Virus record (IMG/VR): IMGVR_UViG_3300034105_003474
Span: 80,874 to 144,873 of that record
Origin: a virus
Direction: 5' to 3' (one strand)
Length of the DNA stretch: 64,000 nucleotides
Each line of letters begins with the position of its first letter. The first letter of the stretch is position 1. The position numbers and the translations under genes were made by a program. The notes beneath the pieces are model-generated. The model searched no databases. It was not told the origin of the DNA and saw only the letters and a list, made by a program, of their open reading frames with translations. Below are positions 27,285 to 37,633 of this stretch, one piece after another.

Positions 27285-28751
27285 ATGCCCGGCGTAACAA
27301 TTACAACCGCAGTTCGTACAGGTGCAACCAATCTTGGAACCGCTCCAGCAGCGAAATTCTTTCTTGTTGGAACATCCGAAAGAGGAGTGAGCACAGCAGC
27401 ACGAGAAATCACCTCTTTGGCTGATTTTGAAACCAAGTTTGGTGGTCATGTTTCGGGTTCGTACTCTTGGTACTCAATGAAAACCTTCTTTGAAGAAGGT
27501 GGAGTTAGCGCATATTTCGCTCGCGTAACAGCCTCCGCTGGTGTTGTAGGAACAAAAGCACTTACCACTTCAACCTCAAGCGGTCCTGGAATCACATTCA
27601 CCGCTAGTGGTAAGGGTGCTTGGGCTAACAGCCTTGCTTTTGTCGCAACGAACAACACAACGACTTTTGATCTACTTGTTGCCTACAACGGAAACACTAT
27701 TTTCTCAGGAACTGGTTACACAAGCCTGACGGAGTGCATCACAGCAGTAAACGCAGATGCCACAGCAACACTTTATATGACAGCCTCGCTAACAGCGTCA
27801 GCAGTTGCTTCACAACTGTTGGCAACCGCTGCTGCTACATCGCCGTCAAACGGTGCTGATGGAACTGTTGCAAAGAGTGATGCAATTGCTGCTTTGGACT
27901 TCTTCATTGATGACTTCGGATCGGGTGCTGTAGCGGCACCGGGTTTCGCCACTGGTTCAAGCGACACAGCACTTTACGATGCGCTTCGCACGCATGCTGC
28001 GACATACAACCGTATCGCTCTTTGTGGTTTCGCATCCACCGCAACGCTTGCTCAAGCCCGTTCGGCGTCAACTGGTTACACAGGTCTAAGTTTGCATGAA
28101 TCCATGGCTTTCTACCACCCGTGGGTACAGATCCCTGTTGATTCAGCAACCGTTGATATTCCAGCAGAGGCTTATGTAGCCGCTGTTCGTTCAAAGACAC
28201 ACAACGCTGTTGGTGCTTGGAAGGCTTATGCAGGTGTTGCTTCTGAAGCAACGTTCGTTACAGGTCTTGCACTTCCAGTGAGTCGCGCAGAAGCAGATCT
28301 GATGGACGCTTCGTATGTGAACCCATTGCGTTTGATTAACGGTCGTGTCCGCATCTACGGTGCACGCTCGCACTCTACAAACACCACACAGTGGCGTTTC
28401 ATTACCGCACGAGACACAATCAACTACATCGTTACGCAAGCAAACAACCGTCTTGAGGATCTTGTATTCTCAACCATTGACGGTCGTAGCACGCTTTTCG
28501 CAAACATCATCAACTCAATCCAATCAGTTGTTGAACCAATCCGCATCAACGGTGGCTTCTATGAAGGTTTCGCAACAGACGGTCGCCGTATTGACTACGG
28601 TTACACGATCAAGTGCGATGCTTCCATCAACCCGTTGACTGCTCTTGAAAACGGAACAGTTTCAGCACGACTGGGTGTTCGCGTCTCAAGTATCGGTGAC
28701 AAGATTGAAGTAGATCTCATCAAGTCAAATCTAACAACTGCTTTGGCATAA
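27285..28751 (+). CDS. Contractile tail sheath
   Basis: MPGVTI start, ITSLADFETKFGG, FFEEGG, GAWAN, YHPWV, VNPLR..RIYGARS. Confidence 0.93.
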   Translation: MPGVTITTAVRTGATNLGTAPAAKFFLVGTSERGVSTAAREITSLADFETKFGGHVSGSYSWYSMKTFFEEGGVSAYFARVTASAGVVGTKALTTSTSSGPGITFTASGKGAWANSLAFVATNNTTTFDLLVAYNGNTIFSGTGYTSLTECITAVNADATATLYMTASLTASAVASQLLATAAATSPSNGADGTVAKSDAIAALDFFIDDFGSGAVAAPGFATGSSDTALYDALRTHAATYNRIALCGFASTATLAQARSASTGYTGLSLHESMAFYHPWVQIPVDSATVDIPAEAYVAAVRSKTHNAVGAWKAYAGVASEATFVTGLALPVSRAEADLMDASYVNPLRLINGRVRIYGARSHSTNTTQWRFITARDTINYIVTQANNRLEDLVFSTIDGRSTLFANIINSIQSVVEPIRINGGFYEGFATDGRRIDYGYTIKCDASINPLTALENGTVSARLGVRVSSIGDKIEVDLIKSNLTTALA

Positions 28752-28762
28752 CGGAGGAATAA

Positions 28763-29242
28763 ATGGCTCGTCCAACATTGTTTAAGAATCTCGCTACACA
28801 GCGCCAAATCGTTGGCAAGATCACGCCATCGGAAGGTACTGTTGGTCTGCCGACTTTCCCTGACTACTTCACACAGATTGCTGGCGGAGAAATCACCGCT
28901 TCTGTAGAGAAGGTTTACCACGGTGGCGACTTGTTCTCCGAGACCCTTTGTGCACCAATGGAAATTGGCGACATCACCCTCACTGGCTATGTGTCAACTG
29001 ATCAGGCTTTCATGTCAAAGATTCAGCAATTGCGCCAAGTTGTTGGTCGCGTTCGCTACGACATTGATGTCCATGTTTTTGACTGCGATATTGCTGTACC
29101 GGGCTCTGACCGCCAGTACACGAAGGCTTTGCTTGTAGGTTTGACTGAGCCAGACGGCGATGCAACCTCGGGTACACCAGCGACATTCACACTGACTTTC
29201 AGTGTTGCTACTGTCTCTGTTGGTAACGCACCAGTCGCCTGA
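28763..29242 (+). CDS. Tail tube protein
   Basis: 159 aa directly after the sheath; GDITLT and PDGDATS..FTLTF motifs. Confidence 0.8.
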   Translation: MARPTLFKNLATQRQIVGKITPSEGTVGLPTFPDYFTQIAGGEITASVEKVYHGGDLFSETLCAPMEIGDITLTGYVSTDQAFMSKIQQLRQVVGRVRYDIDVHVFDCDIAVPGSDRQYTKALLVGLTEPDGDATSGTPATFTLTFSVATVSVGNAPVA

Positions 29243-29282
29243 TACTCCTGATTTAGGGGTTGCATTTTTGGGGCTTTAGGCA

Positions 29283-29291
29283 TGTTAGTGT
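29283..29291 (+). promoter_or_regulatory. Extended -10 (TG-T-TAGTGT) 7 nt before ATG 29299; candidate leaderless transcript
   Basis: No SD before 29299; spacing fits transcription starting at the ATG. Confidence 0.4.
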
Positions 29292-29298
29292 TTCGCCT

Positions 29299-29841
29299 AT
29301 GACCAACATTCAATTCAGTTCAGACGACTCTTACCGAGATAATTCAACGGTATCTGCTCGTAGTACAACAGACGACCCAAAGAGCGAAGGCAATGTTTTG
29401 GAGAGTTTGAAAAAACTCGTTCAAGATAAAGTTCGCCGTGGAGATGTCCACATTGCCATTCCGGAGCGACCGGGTGTGATGATTCGTGTTTCACCAAACA
29501 TCTCACAAAACCAACTCAAGTCGTGGCGCAGGAACGCTGGCGAAGAGCGCAAGGGTGGCATGGACACTATGCGTTTCTCAACAAACCTAATCGCCGCTAC
29601 TACCACGGGTATTTTGGTTAACGATGAAATCGTTACTGATGACAATGGTATTGAACTTACGTTTGCTTCACCAGAAATTATGGCTATGACAAACACGAAT
29701 CGCCCACACCCTGATTGTGTTTTGGCTTTCTTTGGTCTTGAACCACATGTTGAATCAGCCGCCGTGGCAATCATTGAAGCAGCAGGATATGGAGACAATG
29801 TGGATGCATTGGACCCTACGAAGAGGTCTTCCGAGAGTTAA
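29299..29841 (+). CDS. Tail assembly chaperone (G-type)
   Basis: Between tube and tape measure; ends ..DALDPTKRSSES. Confidence 0.75.
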   Translation: MTNIQFSSDDSYRDNSTVSARSTTDDPKSEGNVLESLKKLVQDKVRRGDVHIAIPERPGVMIRVSPNISQNQLKSWRRNAGEERKGGMDTMRFSTNLIAATTTGILVNDEIVTDDNGIELTFASPEIMAMTNTNRPHPDCVLAFFGLEPHVESAAVAIIEAAGYGDNVDALDPTKRSSES

Positions 29842-30014
29842 CGGACGATTACCGCATAACTTTAGCGGCAAGGCTTGGAGACCTCTTTAAAACAGATCCG
29901 ATTGAACTACTTGATAGCAGCACAGAAGAATGGATCATACGCCTAGCGTGTGCTAAAGTTATACAGACGGATAGAGAAAAACAGGAAGCAGAACAGCGGA
30001 GACAATCCCGCTAA
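29811..30014 (+). CDS. Tail chaperone -1 frameshift extension (T-type)
   Basis: Start-less ORF in the -1 frame (GPYEEVFRELTDDYRITLAARLGDLFKTDPIELLD..RQSR*) overlapping the chaperone end and filling the gap to the TMP. Confidence 0.7.
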   Translation, partial: GPYEEVFRELTDDYRITLAARLGDLFKTDPIELLDSSTEEWIIRLACAKVIQTDREKQEAEQRRQSR

Positions 30015-30060
30015 TTTGCTGGAGCGCTCATATTCATAACCCTAATACGGAGATGGATGT

Positions 30061-33000
30061 ATGCCAGCCGAACGCGTAGTAATTGATATAGAGGTCAACT
30101 CTGACATTGCTACCATTGAGGCTACCCGTGAAGCACTTGACAGATTAACCAACGCACAGAGACGGTATAACCGTGAGCGTGATCGCGGCGGTTCGGGTGG
30201 TGGTGGCGGTGGTTCGGGCGGTGGTTCAGGAGGTGGCGGTGACGACGGAGGTCGCGGAGGTCGTCGCGGTGGCGGAAGTAGTAGACCGAGAAAAGGTCGT
30301 TACGACGGTTTTGGTGGTCAAGTTTTTGACTTCCGTGGAGACATGGGTAAAGGAATCGCCGCTTACGGGAAATTGTTGGGCTTAGTTAATAAGTTGTCTG
30401 CTATTGCTCTTCCCGCCATGATGGCTGCTTTAGGTGGAATTGCTTTGGCTTTCAAAGCAGGAACCTATTTCATAAACATGTACAAAGCGGCAATGGCGTC
30501 ATTGGCGTCAGCGGTAGCCGTCGGGTTTGTTGCCTTAACAACGTTCTTGGCTGCGCAAAAAGAATATGCCGCCGTACAGAACTCTGCTGCATATTTTGAA
30601 GGAAACGGTAGTACTAGCGACAGGATGATTGCCGCTGGCGAGGCAATGTCAATGTTCACTGATAACACAAAACTCGCTGTTGTTGGTGCGAAGGGCTTGC
30701 AGAGCGCTTTTTCAACCTTGAGCAAAGTTAAACCTGTTACTGGTGAAACAACAGCGGCGTTTGAAGGATTGATGAATATCGTTGTGGGTAGCGGTGGAGA
30801 TATTGAAAAAGGATCTGGCAAACTTGCCGAGTTCTTGGCAGCAGTGCAGAAGAAAGGTTCTCTTGCTGGAGGTGCTTCAATAGCCAAAGAACTAGGTCCT
30901 GATTTTGAAAAGATTGTCAAAGAGGCTGGTGCACTTGGCATTAAAACTAGCGACGAGTTTATGAAGGCAGCCGCAGAAGGAAACCTTGGTGAAACTTTTG
31001 CTACTAAATATGCCGGAATGTTGGATGCCATTAACAATACGGTTATGGGTCGTTTCAAGGGTGCTGTTAGTTCAATTAAGAGTTTGTTGACTGACCTTGG
31101 TGGACAGTATTTGGGAGAAACTGGTACAACGATAACTCGTCTACAAGGAATTATTGAAACTTTTATTGTTCGTCTTGGTTATGTGATGAAAAGTTTTGAT
31201 ACGGAAGGGAAAATGGGTGGGTTCCTTGACAAAGTAGAAAAAGGAACAAACCAGTTAATTGTTTTGATGACGAAATATCTTGGTGCTACACCAAATATTT
31301 TTCAGTTCTTCAATAAAACCATCACAAGCATAAGAGATGTTTTTGATGGGATGCAGGATTGGATGAGGCAGTTTCGTGAGGCTGGCGAGTTAATCAACGA
31401 ATATTTCTTCAAACCTATGTTTTCTGCGTTGGGGCAAAACTTTACAAGAAGCATGACAGATCTTGCTGAAGTGATTGAATCAAACAAAGACAGCATTACT
31501 AGTTTTGCAATACAGATCTCTAAAACGCTTACCGCTATGGGTAAATATGGTGATACTGTCCGCAGGTTGTTTATGGGCGCGATGCCAGTTTTCCAACTGA
31601 TTTTCAAAATGGTTGAATTATTCTTTAGGGGTTTAACTGCTTTTGGTAATGCGGCTTTAAAAATTAGTGGTGCATTTCAGAAGTTAGGTCCTTTGGGCAA
31701 GTTGGCTGGAGCGCTCGTTAACGTCGCCGCTCTGTATTCATTGTTTACTCTTGCAACAAGGTTTTTCAAAGTTTTTGGTACCATGTTTGGCAAAAATATG
31801 GATAAAAACCGAACAATAAACATGCAGGCTGGCGTGGTTAATGTGAACGGTGGAATGGGCACAGGTGGAAGACCGCCGTTGTACCCAACTCCTACTGGCG
31901 GACCAATAAGACAGCAGGGGCGATTCGCTAGAGCGGGTCAGGCTATAAGCGGTCACATGGGCGGCGCAGGTGCGATGCTCACTACTGCTGGATTGATGAT
32001 GGGTGGAAGTTACCTGTCATCAAAGGGTGATTATGACTCTGCTGGTGGAACTGGGCTTAAAGCCATAGGGAATGCTGCACAGATTGGCGGAGCCGGGTAC
32101 ATGATGTTGGGGCAGGATGGTTTGGCGAAACTTGGCAGTAAGTCAACGACCATGGGTGCTTCAACTGCTGGTGCGGCAACCCTTGCAGGCGTCGCTGCTA
32201 TTGCTGCTGGTTCGTATGCTGCGGGTTCCTATATCGGTGGAAAGTTCAATGACGATTCCGTTAAATCAAGAGGAACATCGGCTTTGGCTGGGGCTGCTTC
32301 TGGTGCGGCAATAGGCGCGGTAATTGGAAACTTTATTCCAATTCCACTCATTGGTGCGGGTATTGGCGCGGCACTAGGAGCGGCTATTGGCGGTGTTACT
32401 GGATATATGAAGGCAGGAAAGCAACGCAAAGAAACTAGAAAAGCGGCGAAAGAACTCACTGAAGGTTATGCGTCAACTGTTGCTGAGGCTATGGAAGGCG
32501 GAAACGTTGACGACCTGTTAAAAGCCCGAGATAAAGCACTTGCTGACAGAAATAAACTCGTCGCCACCAACGCCGACCCAGCCTACGCTGCTAAGGCTGT
32601 AGCAAAATATGATAAAGAGTTTGAAGCATTAAACACAAAAATTAATAACTACACAGGTAACGCCGCTCTTGCACAGAAAGCGTTTGGTGTAGGAGCAGAA
32701 CAACTAAACGCAGCGGCAAAAGCAAAAGGCATCAACATAGAAGACGAGTTGCTGACTTTGCGTGACACCGTCAAGATCTTGGGCGCAGATACGGCAGAGC
32801 AAGCAAGGTTGATGAAAGCCGCTTGGGCAAACATTGGCGCTAGTGCTGTTGGGGCGTCAAGAGACTTTTTCACTCAACAAGAAACCGCCGCTGAAACCTC
32901 AAAATTGGTTGACTCTAGCCTGAACAAACTTATTACTGGCGGTGCGAATACAGACAATATGAACGCCTACCTGAAGAATCTGCGCGACTTTAGCGTTGCA

Positions 33001-33639
33001 TCATATGGCGATATTGAAGGGTTGACGAGTGCTGGAAGGCAAATTGAATTTGACCTGACGGAAGGTGAATTGAAAGGTCTTACTGATAGCCAGAAACAAT
33101 TCATGCGAGATCAGGCATCGGGTGCAGGTTTTGGTGGCGTGAATATGTTGAAAAACATTGACATGGATCAAGTGGCTTCACAACTGTCAGGTTATGACGC
33201 GCTCTTGAACGCTGGAGGTGGGCTTGGTAAAACAGGAAAAGGCGAGGATCCAACCCAACTTGATCCTATAAAACTTAGGAAATATCTCGCTAGTCAACTT
33301 GAGGATAATCCTGATTTCTTGAGCAACTTGATAAATGCTTCACAGGAAACGAATGATGTTTTTGCTCAAAATAAAGTTTCACAAGTTATAAACACTGGTA
33401 CTAGCACTGGGGCGATGAATCCCGTACTTGACGCTGAAGCCCGCCGATGGGCTGGTGCTTATGGCGGAACTGCAGCAGTCGTCCCACCAGCAACGCAACC
33501 TATCACCAACAATAACGAGATCACTACGAACATTTCTGGTGTTTTGACCGATCAGAAAACAGTTGATCAAATTGAGCGTATTATTGCTAAGGCTGTTCGC
33601 GAACAACAAGAGCGTGGTCCTGTGACGGTGAACTCGTAA
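30061..33639 (+). CDS. Tape measure protein
   Basis: 1192 aa, Ala/Gly-rich helical with hydrophobic segments, canonical position. Confidence 0.92.
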   Translation: MPAERVVIDIEVNSDIATIEATREALDRLTNAQRRYNRERDRGGSGGGGGGSGGGSGGGGDDGGRGGRRGGGSSRPRKGRYDGFGGQVFDFRGDMGKGIAAYGKLLGLVNKLSAIALPAMMAALGGIALAFKAGTYFINMYKAAMASLASAVAVGFVALTTFLAAQKEYAAVQNSAAYFEGNGSTSDRMIAAGEAMSMFTDNTKLAVVGAKGLQSAFSTLSKVKPVTGETTAAFEGLMNIVVGSGGDIEKGSGKLAEFLAAVQKKGSLAGGASIAKELGPDFEKIVKEAGALGIKTSDEFMKAAAEGNLGETFATKYAGMLDAINNTVMGRFKGAVSSIKSLLTDLGGQYLGETGTTITRLQGIIETFIVRLGYVMKSFDTEGKMGGFLDKVEKGTNQLIVLMTKYLGATPNIFQFFNKTITSIRDVFDGMQDWMRQFREAGELINEYFFKPMFSALGQNFTRSMTDLAEVIESNKDSITSFAIQISKTLTAMGKYGDTVRRLFMGAMPVFQLIFKMVELFFRGLTAFGNAALKISGAFQKLGPLGKLAGALVNVAALYSLFTLATRFFKVFGTMFGKNMDKNRTINMQAGVVNVNGGMGTGGRPPLYPTPTGGPIRQQGRFARAGQAISGHMGGAGAMLTTAGLMMGGSYLSSKGDYDSAGGTGLKAIGNAAQIGGAGYMMLGQDGLAKLGSKSTTMGASTAGAATLAGVAAIAAGSYAAGSYIGGKFNDDSVKSRGTSALAGAASGAAIGAVIGNFIPIPLIGAGIGAALGAAIGGVTGYMKAGKQRKETRKAAKELTEGYASTVAEAMEGGNVDDLLKARDKALADRNKLVATNADPAYAAKAVAKYDKEFEALNTKINNYTGNAALAQKAFGVGAEQLNAAAKAKGINIEDELLTLRDTVKILGADTAEQARLMKAAWANIGASAVGASRDFFTQQETAAETSKLVDSSLNKLITGGANTDNMNAYLKNLRDFSVASYGDIEGLTSAGRQIEFDLTEGELKGLTDSQKQFMRDQASGAGFGGVNMLKNIDMDQVASQLSGYDALLNAGGGLGKTGKGEDPTQLDPIKLRKYLASQLEDNPDFLSNLINASQETNDVFAQNKVSQVINTGTSTGAMNPVLDAEARRWAGAYGGTAAVVPPATQPITNNNEITTNISGVLTDQKTVDQIERIIAKAVREQQERGPVTVNS

Positions 33640-34457
33640 TGGCTACCTCGGTGACAGTTTGGGTGCGTCTCAAAGACCCCACACCAGAAGCAGACAGGAT
33701 GCAATCTGCGATCCCCGGCGCATTGCCACTTATCTTGAGGATGCGTTCTTCAGATAGCACAACTGAAGAGGATTTTGTTTTCCCTTATAGTCCAAGAGAA
33801 GTGAACATTGGGAAATTATCTGACGAGATGGTTCAGATCGCTAGACCCGGAACTACGCCGATTGTTGCTTTCAAATCTCATTCTTTGATGACGGTAGATT
33901 TTACTGCCCTAATTGCCCACCCGGGGGACGGTCTGATTCAGAGTATAGATAATGAACTTTTTGCTTTGAGGAGAATGGGTTCAAGTAGTGACAAAGTTTT
34001 CCAGTTACTTAACTACGATATTTTTACAAATTCTCCTTTCAGTTTCAGGAATATGAGTACAGAAAAGTTGCAAGGATTGTTTTTCTCAATCACGGAGATG
34101 AGTGTTGAGGTTACACGGCGTAATAAAGACAACAAAATTACTATGGCTAATGTGAAAATTAGTTTGGTGGAAAACAGAAACCCTAATATTAATCTGACCC
34201 TGATTCCCCCGCTTGGCTTTACCCGTCCCAAAAAAACATGCAAAGATAAGATTTACCGCGATAATCATAAAAAAGAATGCAAAAAAGACAAGACCACCGG
34301 AACATGGATATCGGCATCACAAACCTCGCTTAGATTTGCGAAAGAAAACATAGACGCACAGAAAAACAATATATTCATATGTTGGTCTAAAAGCCAAGGG
34401 AAACTTCAATATTATTTAAAGCAGGACAGACCCAACCCTTGCAAGCAAACTGGTTAA
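33639..34457 (+). CDS. Baseplate/tube-initiator-like protein
   Basis: Follows TMP; FVFPYSPREV..IARPG motif. Confidence 0.6.
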   Translation: MATSVTVWVRLKDPTPEADRMQSAIPGALPLILRMRSSDSTTEEDFVFPYSPREVNIGKLSDEMVQIARPGTTPIVAFKSHSLMTVDFTALIAHPGDGLIQSIDNELFALRRMGSSSDKVFQLLNYDIFTNSPFSFRNMSTEKLQGLFFSITEMSVEVTRRNKDNKITMANVKISLVENRNPNINLTLIPPLGFTRPKKTCKDKIYRDNHKKECKKDKTTGTWISASQTSLRFAKENIDAQKNNIFICWSKSQGKLQYYLKQDRPNPCKQTG

Positions 34458-34466
34458 CAACAAAAT

Positions 34467-35495
34467 ATGATTTCTGATAAAACGATAGTAATTATTGGCA
34501 ATGACCAAGCATCTGTTAGGGCTCAGATTGCCCAAAGCGTCACCAACATTGGTGTTAGTTATACGGTAGATGGTGCTTCTCAGGTTACCGTTGAACTTGT
34601 TGACGAAAAATTGGCTATGTGGAATAACAACTATTTTGCTGTTGGCAACCTTGTTGATTTCTTTGATGGGACAATGACGGAGCGTTACATGATTGCTAGT
34701 CATGAAATATCTAACGGCGAAGGTGAGCATTTTAAAATTAAATTGGAATTAAGGACTGAAGCGATTCAGCGGATGAAATTGGACAAAAAACCGCAGGCGC
34801 TCAAATCTACAACTGCTTACGAATTTGCGCAAAAAGTTGCAAAAAAGTTTGGTCTAGGGTTCATGGGTCAGCAACCGACGGGTATTAAAACGACAACAAT
34901 TAAAGTGAAAACAGAAAAAAACAAGGAATCCGTTTACGATGTTTTGGTTCGTTCTGCTAAGGACATTCAGTATCTGTGCTTCGTAATGTATGCCATACCC
35001 GAGGGTGGAAAAACTGCTGTACCTACACTGTATTACGGTTCTCCTAATTGGCTCATTGGTCGTTGGGGTGTTGAGAAAACCGAGGCGTATACTTTCAAGA
35101 CCGCTAGTGGTAAAGATGAAGTTCGCCCACTTTATTACATACCGTTGAAATATCCAAACGACGAAAAAATGAATTTCTTTCTGACCGAAGTTCCTGAAAT
35201 GCGTAGGTCAATGGATAGCCCCAAGGAGTCTGAAGGTTCGGCGAGTATTTGGGTGGGGGACAAATATGAGCAAAATGTTGGTAGCGCCTACAATATTAGA
35301 GCAGGTATGACGGTGGTCGTCTATGGGATTAAAGGTTTTGATACAACTGCCTATCTGATTACTTCTGTTGCGTATCAGTATGGCGTACCTGAACCAGTGA
35401 AGATATCTTTTGCTACTCTGGATAAGATTTCTCCCGAGGACAAAAAGAAGATTGACCAAAAGGTATCTGAGACGACAGTGATTGGTGGAGGCTAA
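34467..35495 (+). CDS. Baseplate hub protein (P2 D / Mu gp44-like)
   Basis: Position; ESVYDVL, IRAGMTVVVYGIKGFD..YLITSV motifs. Confidence 0.7.
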   Translation: MISDKTIVIIGNDQASVRAQIAQSVTNIGVSYTVDGASQVTVELVDEKLAMWNNNYFAVGNLVDFFDGTMTERYMIASHEISNGEGEHFKIKLELRTEAIQRMKLDKKPQALKSTTAYEFAQKVAKKFGLGFMGQQPTGIKTTTIKVKTEKNKESVYDVLVRSAKDIQYLCFVMYAIPEGGKTAVPTLYYGSPNWLIGRWGVEKTEAYTFKTASGKDEVRPLYYIPLKYPNDEKMNFFLTEVPEMRRSMDSPKESEGSASIWVGDKYEQNVGSAYNIRAGMTVVVYGIKGFDTTAYLITSVAYQYGVPEPVKISFATLDKISPEDKKKIDQKVSETTVIGGG

Positions 35496-35499
35496 AAGC

Positions 35500-35919
35500 A
35501 TGAACATGAGAATTGGCGGCGATTCCATAGATGGAATGGACAGGGTGGATTCAGCAGCAGGAGTCAACGCTTCTTTTTCTTCAATACATTTAGGTGTCCT
35601 TACAGCAAAAAACGATTCTACGCGGACTGGGTTTGTCAAAATAGCGGCATTGAATTCTGATGCCCAACTTGGTCCGTACAAGTTTATGGCTTCATTCACT
35701 TTCCCTGTGGCGACACCAGTGAAGCAAACCTTGACTGTTTCAAATGGGACAGCAGATCCCGGGGTTTCGGTCGTAACAGGTGTTTCCCTGTCTGCCACAA
35801 CAACAGACATCTCTGGTGTTTACAGCCAGACACTCACCTTGCCCGCGATTGGGACACGCGTTCTTGTTGTACTATTGAATGATTCGCTTGATGAAGGTGT
35901 GATTGTGGGCTCATTATGA
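35500..35919 (+). CDS. Baseplate spike-like protein (gpV OB-fold)
   Basis: LPAIGTRVLVV..GVIVGSL; GGAGG SD before ATG 35500. Confidence 0.6.
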   Translation: MNMRIGGDSIDGMDRVDSAAGVNASFSSIHLGVLTAKNDSTRTGFVKIAALNSDAQLGPYKFMASFTFPVATPVKQTLTVSNGTADPGVSVVTGVSLSATTTDISGVYSQTLTLPAIGTRVLVVLLNDSLDEGVIVGSL

Positions 35920-36221
35920 ACACTATTCGTTTGCCGTTGCGGTTTTCACAAACCTCTTTTCAAATGGAAACCATTGAAGATGGGTCGGACGAATATTATG
36001 CAACGCTAATTGGGTACGCAATACAGATTGAGCCAAATTCCCTACCAATATCAACCTTCTATGGGACGAATGACCCAACTTTTGATCTAAGGCAAACAGG
36101 AAAAGTTGGTCAAGAAATTGGTAAATTAATTCCAGAAATATTAGTAACCGATGTAAATGTTGTTACGGATAATAACGGAACATCTAATTTATCAATCAAA
36201 TTTGAACGGACAAACAGATAA
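35916..36221 (+). CDS. gp25/W-like baseplate wedge protein
   Basis: LPLRF, PISTFYGTNDPTF; precedes the J-like gene. Confidence 0.65.
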   Translation: MNTIRLPLRFSQTSFQMETIEDGSDEYYATLIGYAIQIEPNSLPISTFYGTNDPTFDLRQTGKVGQEIGKLIPEILVTDVNVVTDNNGTSNLSIKFERTNR

Positions 36222-37630
36222 TGGCTTCACCAAACTTTGCTGAATATATTGATCTAACAATCAACAATAAAACAACGGAGACCGTATATAACGACGCCGT
36301 TGAATATGCGCAGATTTCCCTACCAGAGTTCTCCCCACGGGTGGGAACTATTGAAAACGCTTTGCTTGAAGCAATGTCTCACTCAACGGCAAGTTTGATA
36401 ACCATGATCAATGCTCTTCCTGATGGTCTTATGGAGGGGTTGCTGAATCTGATGGGTTTCACGAGGATAGAGGCAACCGCGTCAACGGCGACTGTTTTGA
36501 TTGAACTTTCAATTAACACAGGTGCGACTATTGCGTCAGGGACAATCTTTTCTTACGATGTTTACGACTCCAATAATGTTTTGACACAGTACCTGTACGA
36601 GACTGTAAACGATTTAACAATTGCCTCTGGCGCTACTACTGGTTCAGTTTCGGTGATCGCCTCTGACCCCTCGGTGTATCCGGACATACCAGTTCCGTCA
36701 AATCTCACTGTTGTTTCTAGCACTCCATATATTTTGGATGTGACACTCACGGTTTTGGCAACCGTTGGAACAGACACAGAAACAGACACAGAGTATTTCA
36801 ATCGCGCCGTAACCTACCTTGGTTCGCTGAGTAGCGCCATCACCACGGCATCACAATTGACGAATTATATTGCAGTGAATTACCCGACGGTAAGCAGATA
36901 CAAGGTTTACGACCTTACACAGGCAAAAGAAAATGACATCGTAAATGCTGTCTTGGCATCAAATGTTGTGACACTAACAACTCGCTACGCGCATGACCTC
37001 TCTGTCGGGAACAGTGTCATAGTTTCTGGTATGGCGACTGCAGCCTATAACGGAACTTACACGATTACTGCCGTTCCAACAACGACTACCTTCAGTTACG
37101 CAAAGACAAACAGCAACATAGCCACGGCAGTAACTACGGTTGGTGCTGTGGTTTTGGCTAGCGGAATGCTTTTAGCAACATCTAATGTTGGTGGCGCTGT
37201 GACAATTTCTTTGTGTGACTCCACTGGAGCGGCTATTAGCGTGGCACAAAAACTTGCAATCAGGACAGATATCCAAAACCGTGTTGTTGCTGGTCTTAAC
37301 GTTTATATGCACGACATGAATACTTTTAATGTGGCTGTTTCATGCACGGTTGTGGTTGAACCAAACTATTCAACAACTAGTGTCGGAACTGCCGTTTCTG
37401 AAGCAATTGAAGCCTATTTGTCCGTCAGCGGATGGGATTTCTCTTCAAGTATCAATAATCTTTATCTAACCACAATTGCTTCAAAGGTGATTGGTGTTAA
37501 ATATGTTTCGGCTTTGGATGTTGACATTTCTGGTAGTACAACATTTGCCACAAATAATGGATTGAGCGTTACGGTTCTAGAAAAAGGCGCTATTCCTATT
37601 GGCGCTTGCACGACTGTGGCGACAGTTTAA
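36221..37630 (+). CDS. Baseplate J-like protein with an inserted beta module
   Basis: GTDTETDTEYFNR motif; insert at ~36930-37150. Confidence 0.85.
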   Translation: MASPNFAEYIDLTINNKTTETVYNDAVEYAQISLPEFSPRVGTIENALLEAMSHSTASLITMINALPDGLMEGLLNLMGFTRIEATASTATVLIELSINTGATIASGTIFSYDVYDSNNVLTQYLYETVNDLTIASGATTGSVSVIASDPSVYPDIPVPSNLTVVSSTPYILDVTLTVLATVGTDTETDTEYFNRAVTYLGSLSSAITTASQLTNYIAVNYPTVSRYKVYDLTQAKENDIVNAVLASNVVTLTTRYAHDLSVGNSVIVSGMATAAYNGTYTITAVPTTTTFSYAKTNSNIATAVTTVGAVVLASGMLLATSNVGGAVTISLCDSTGAAISVAQKLAIRTDIQNRVVAGLNVYMHDMNTFNVAVSCTVVVEPNYSTTSVGTAVSEAIEAYLSVSGWDFSSSINNLYLTTIASKVIGVKYVSALDVDISGSTTFATNNGLSVTVLEKGAIPIGACTTVATV

Positions 37631-37633
37631 ATC

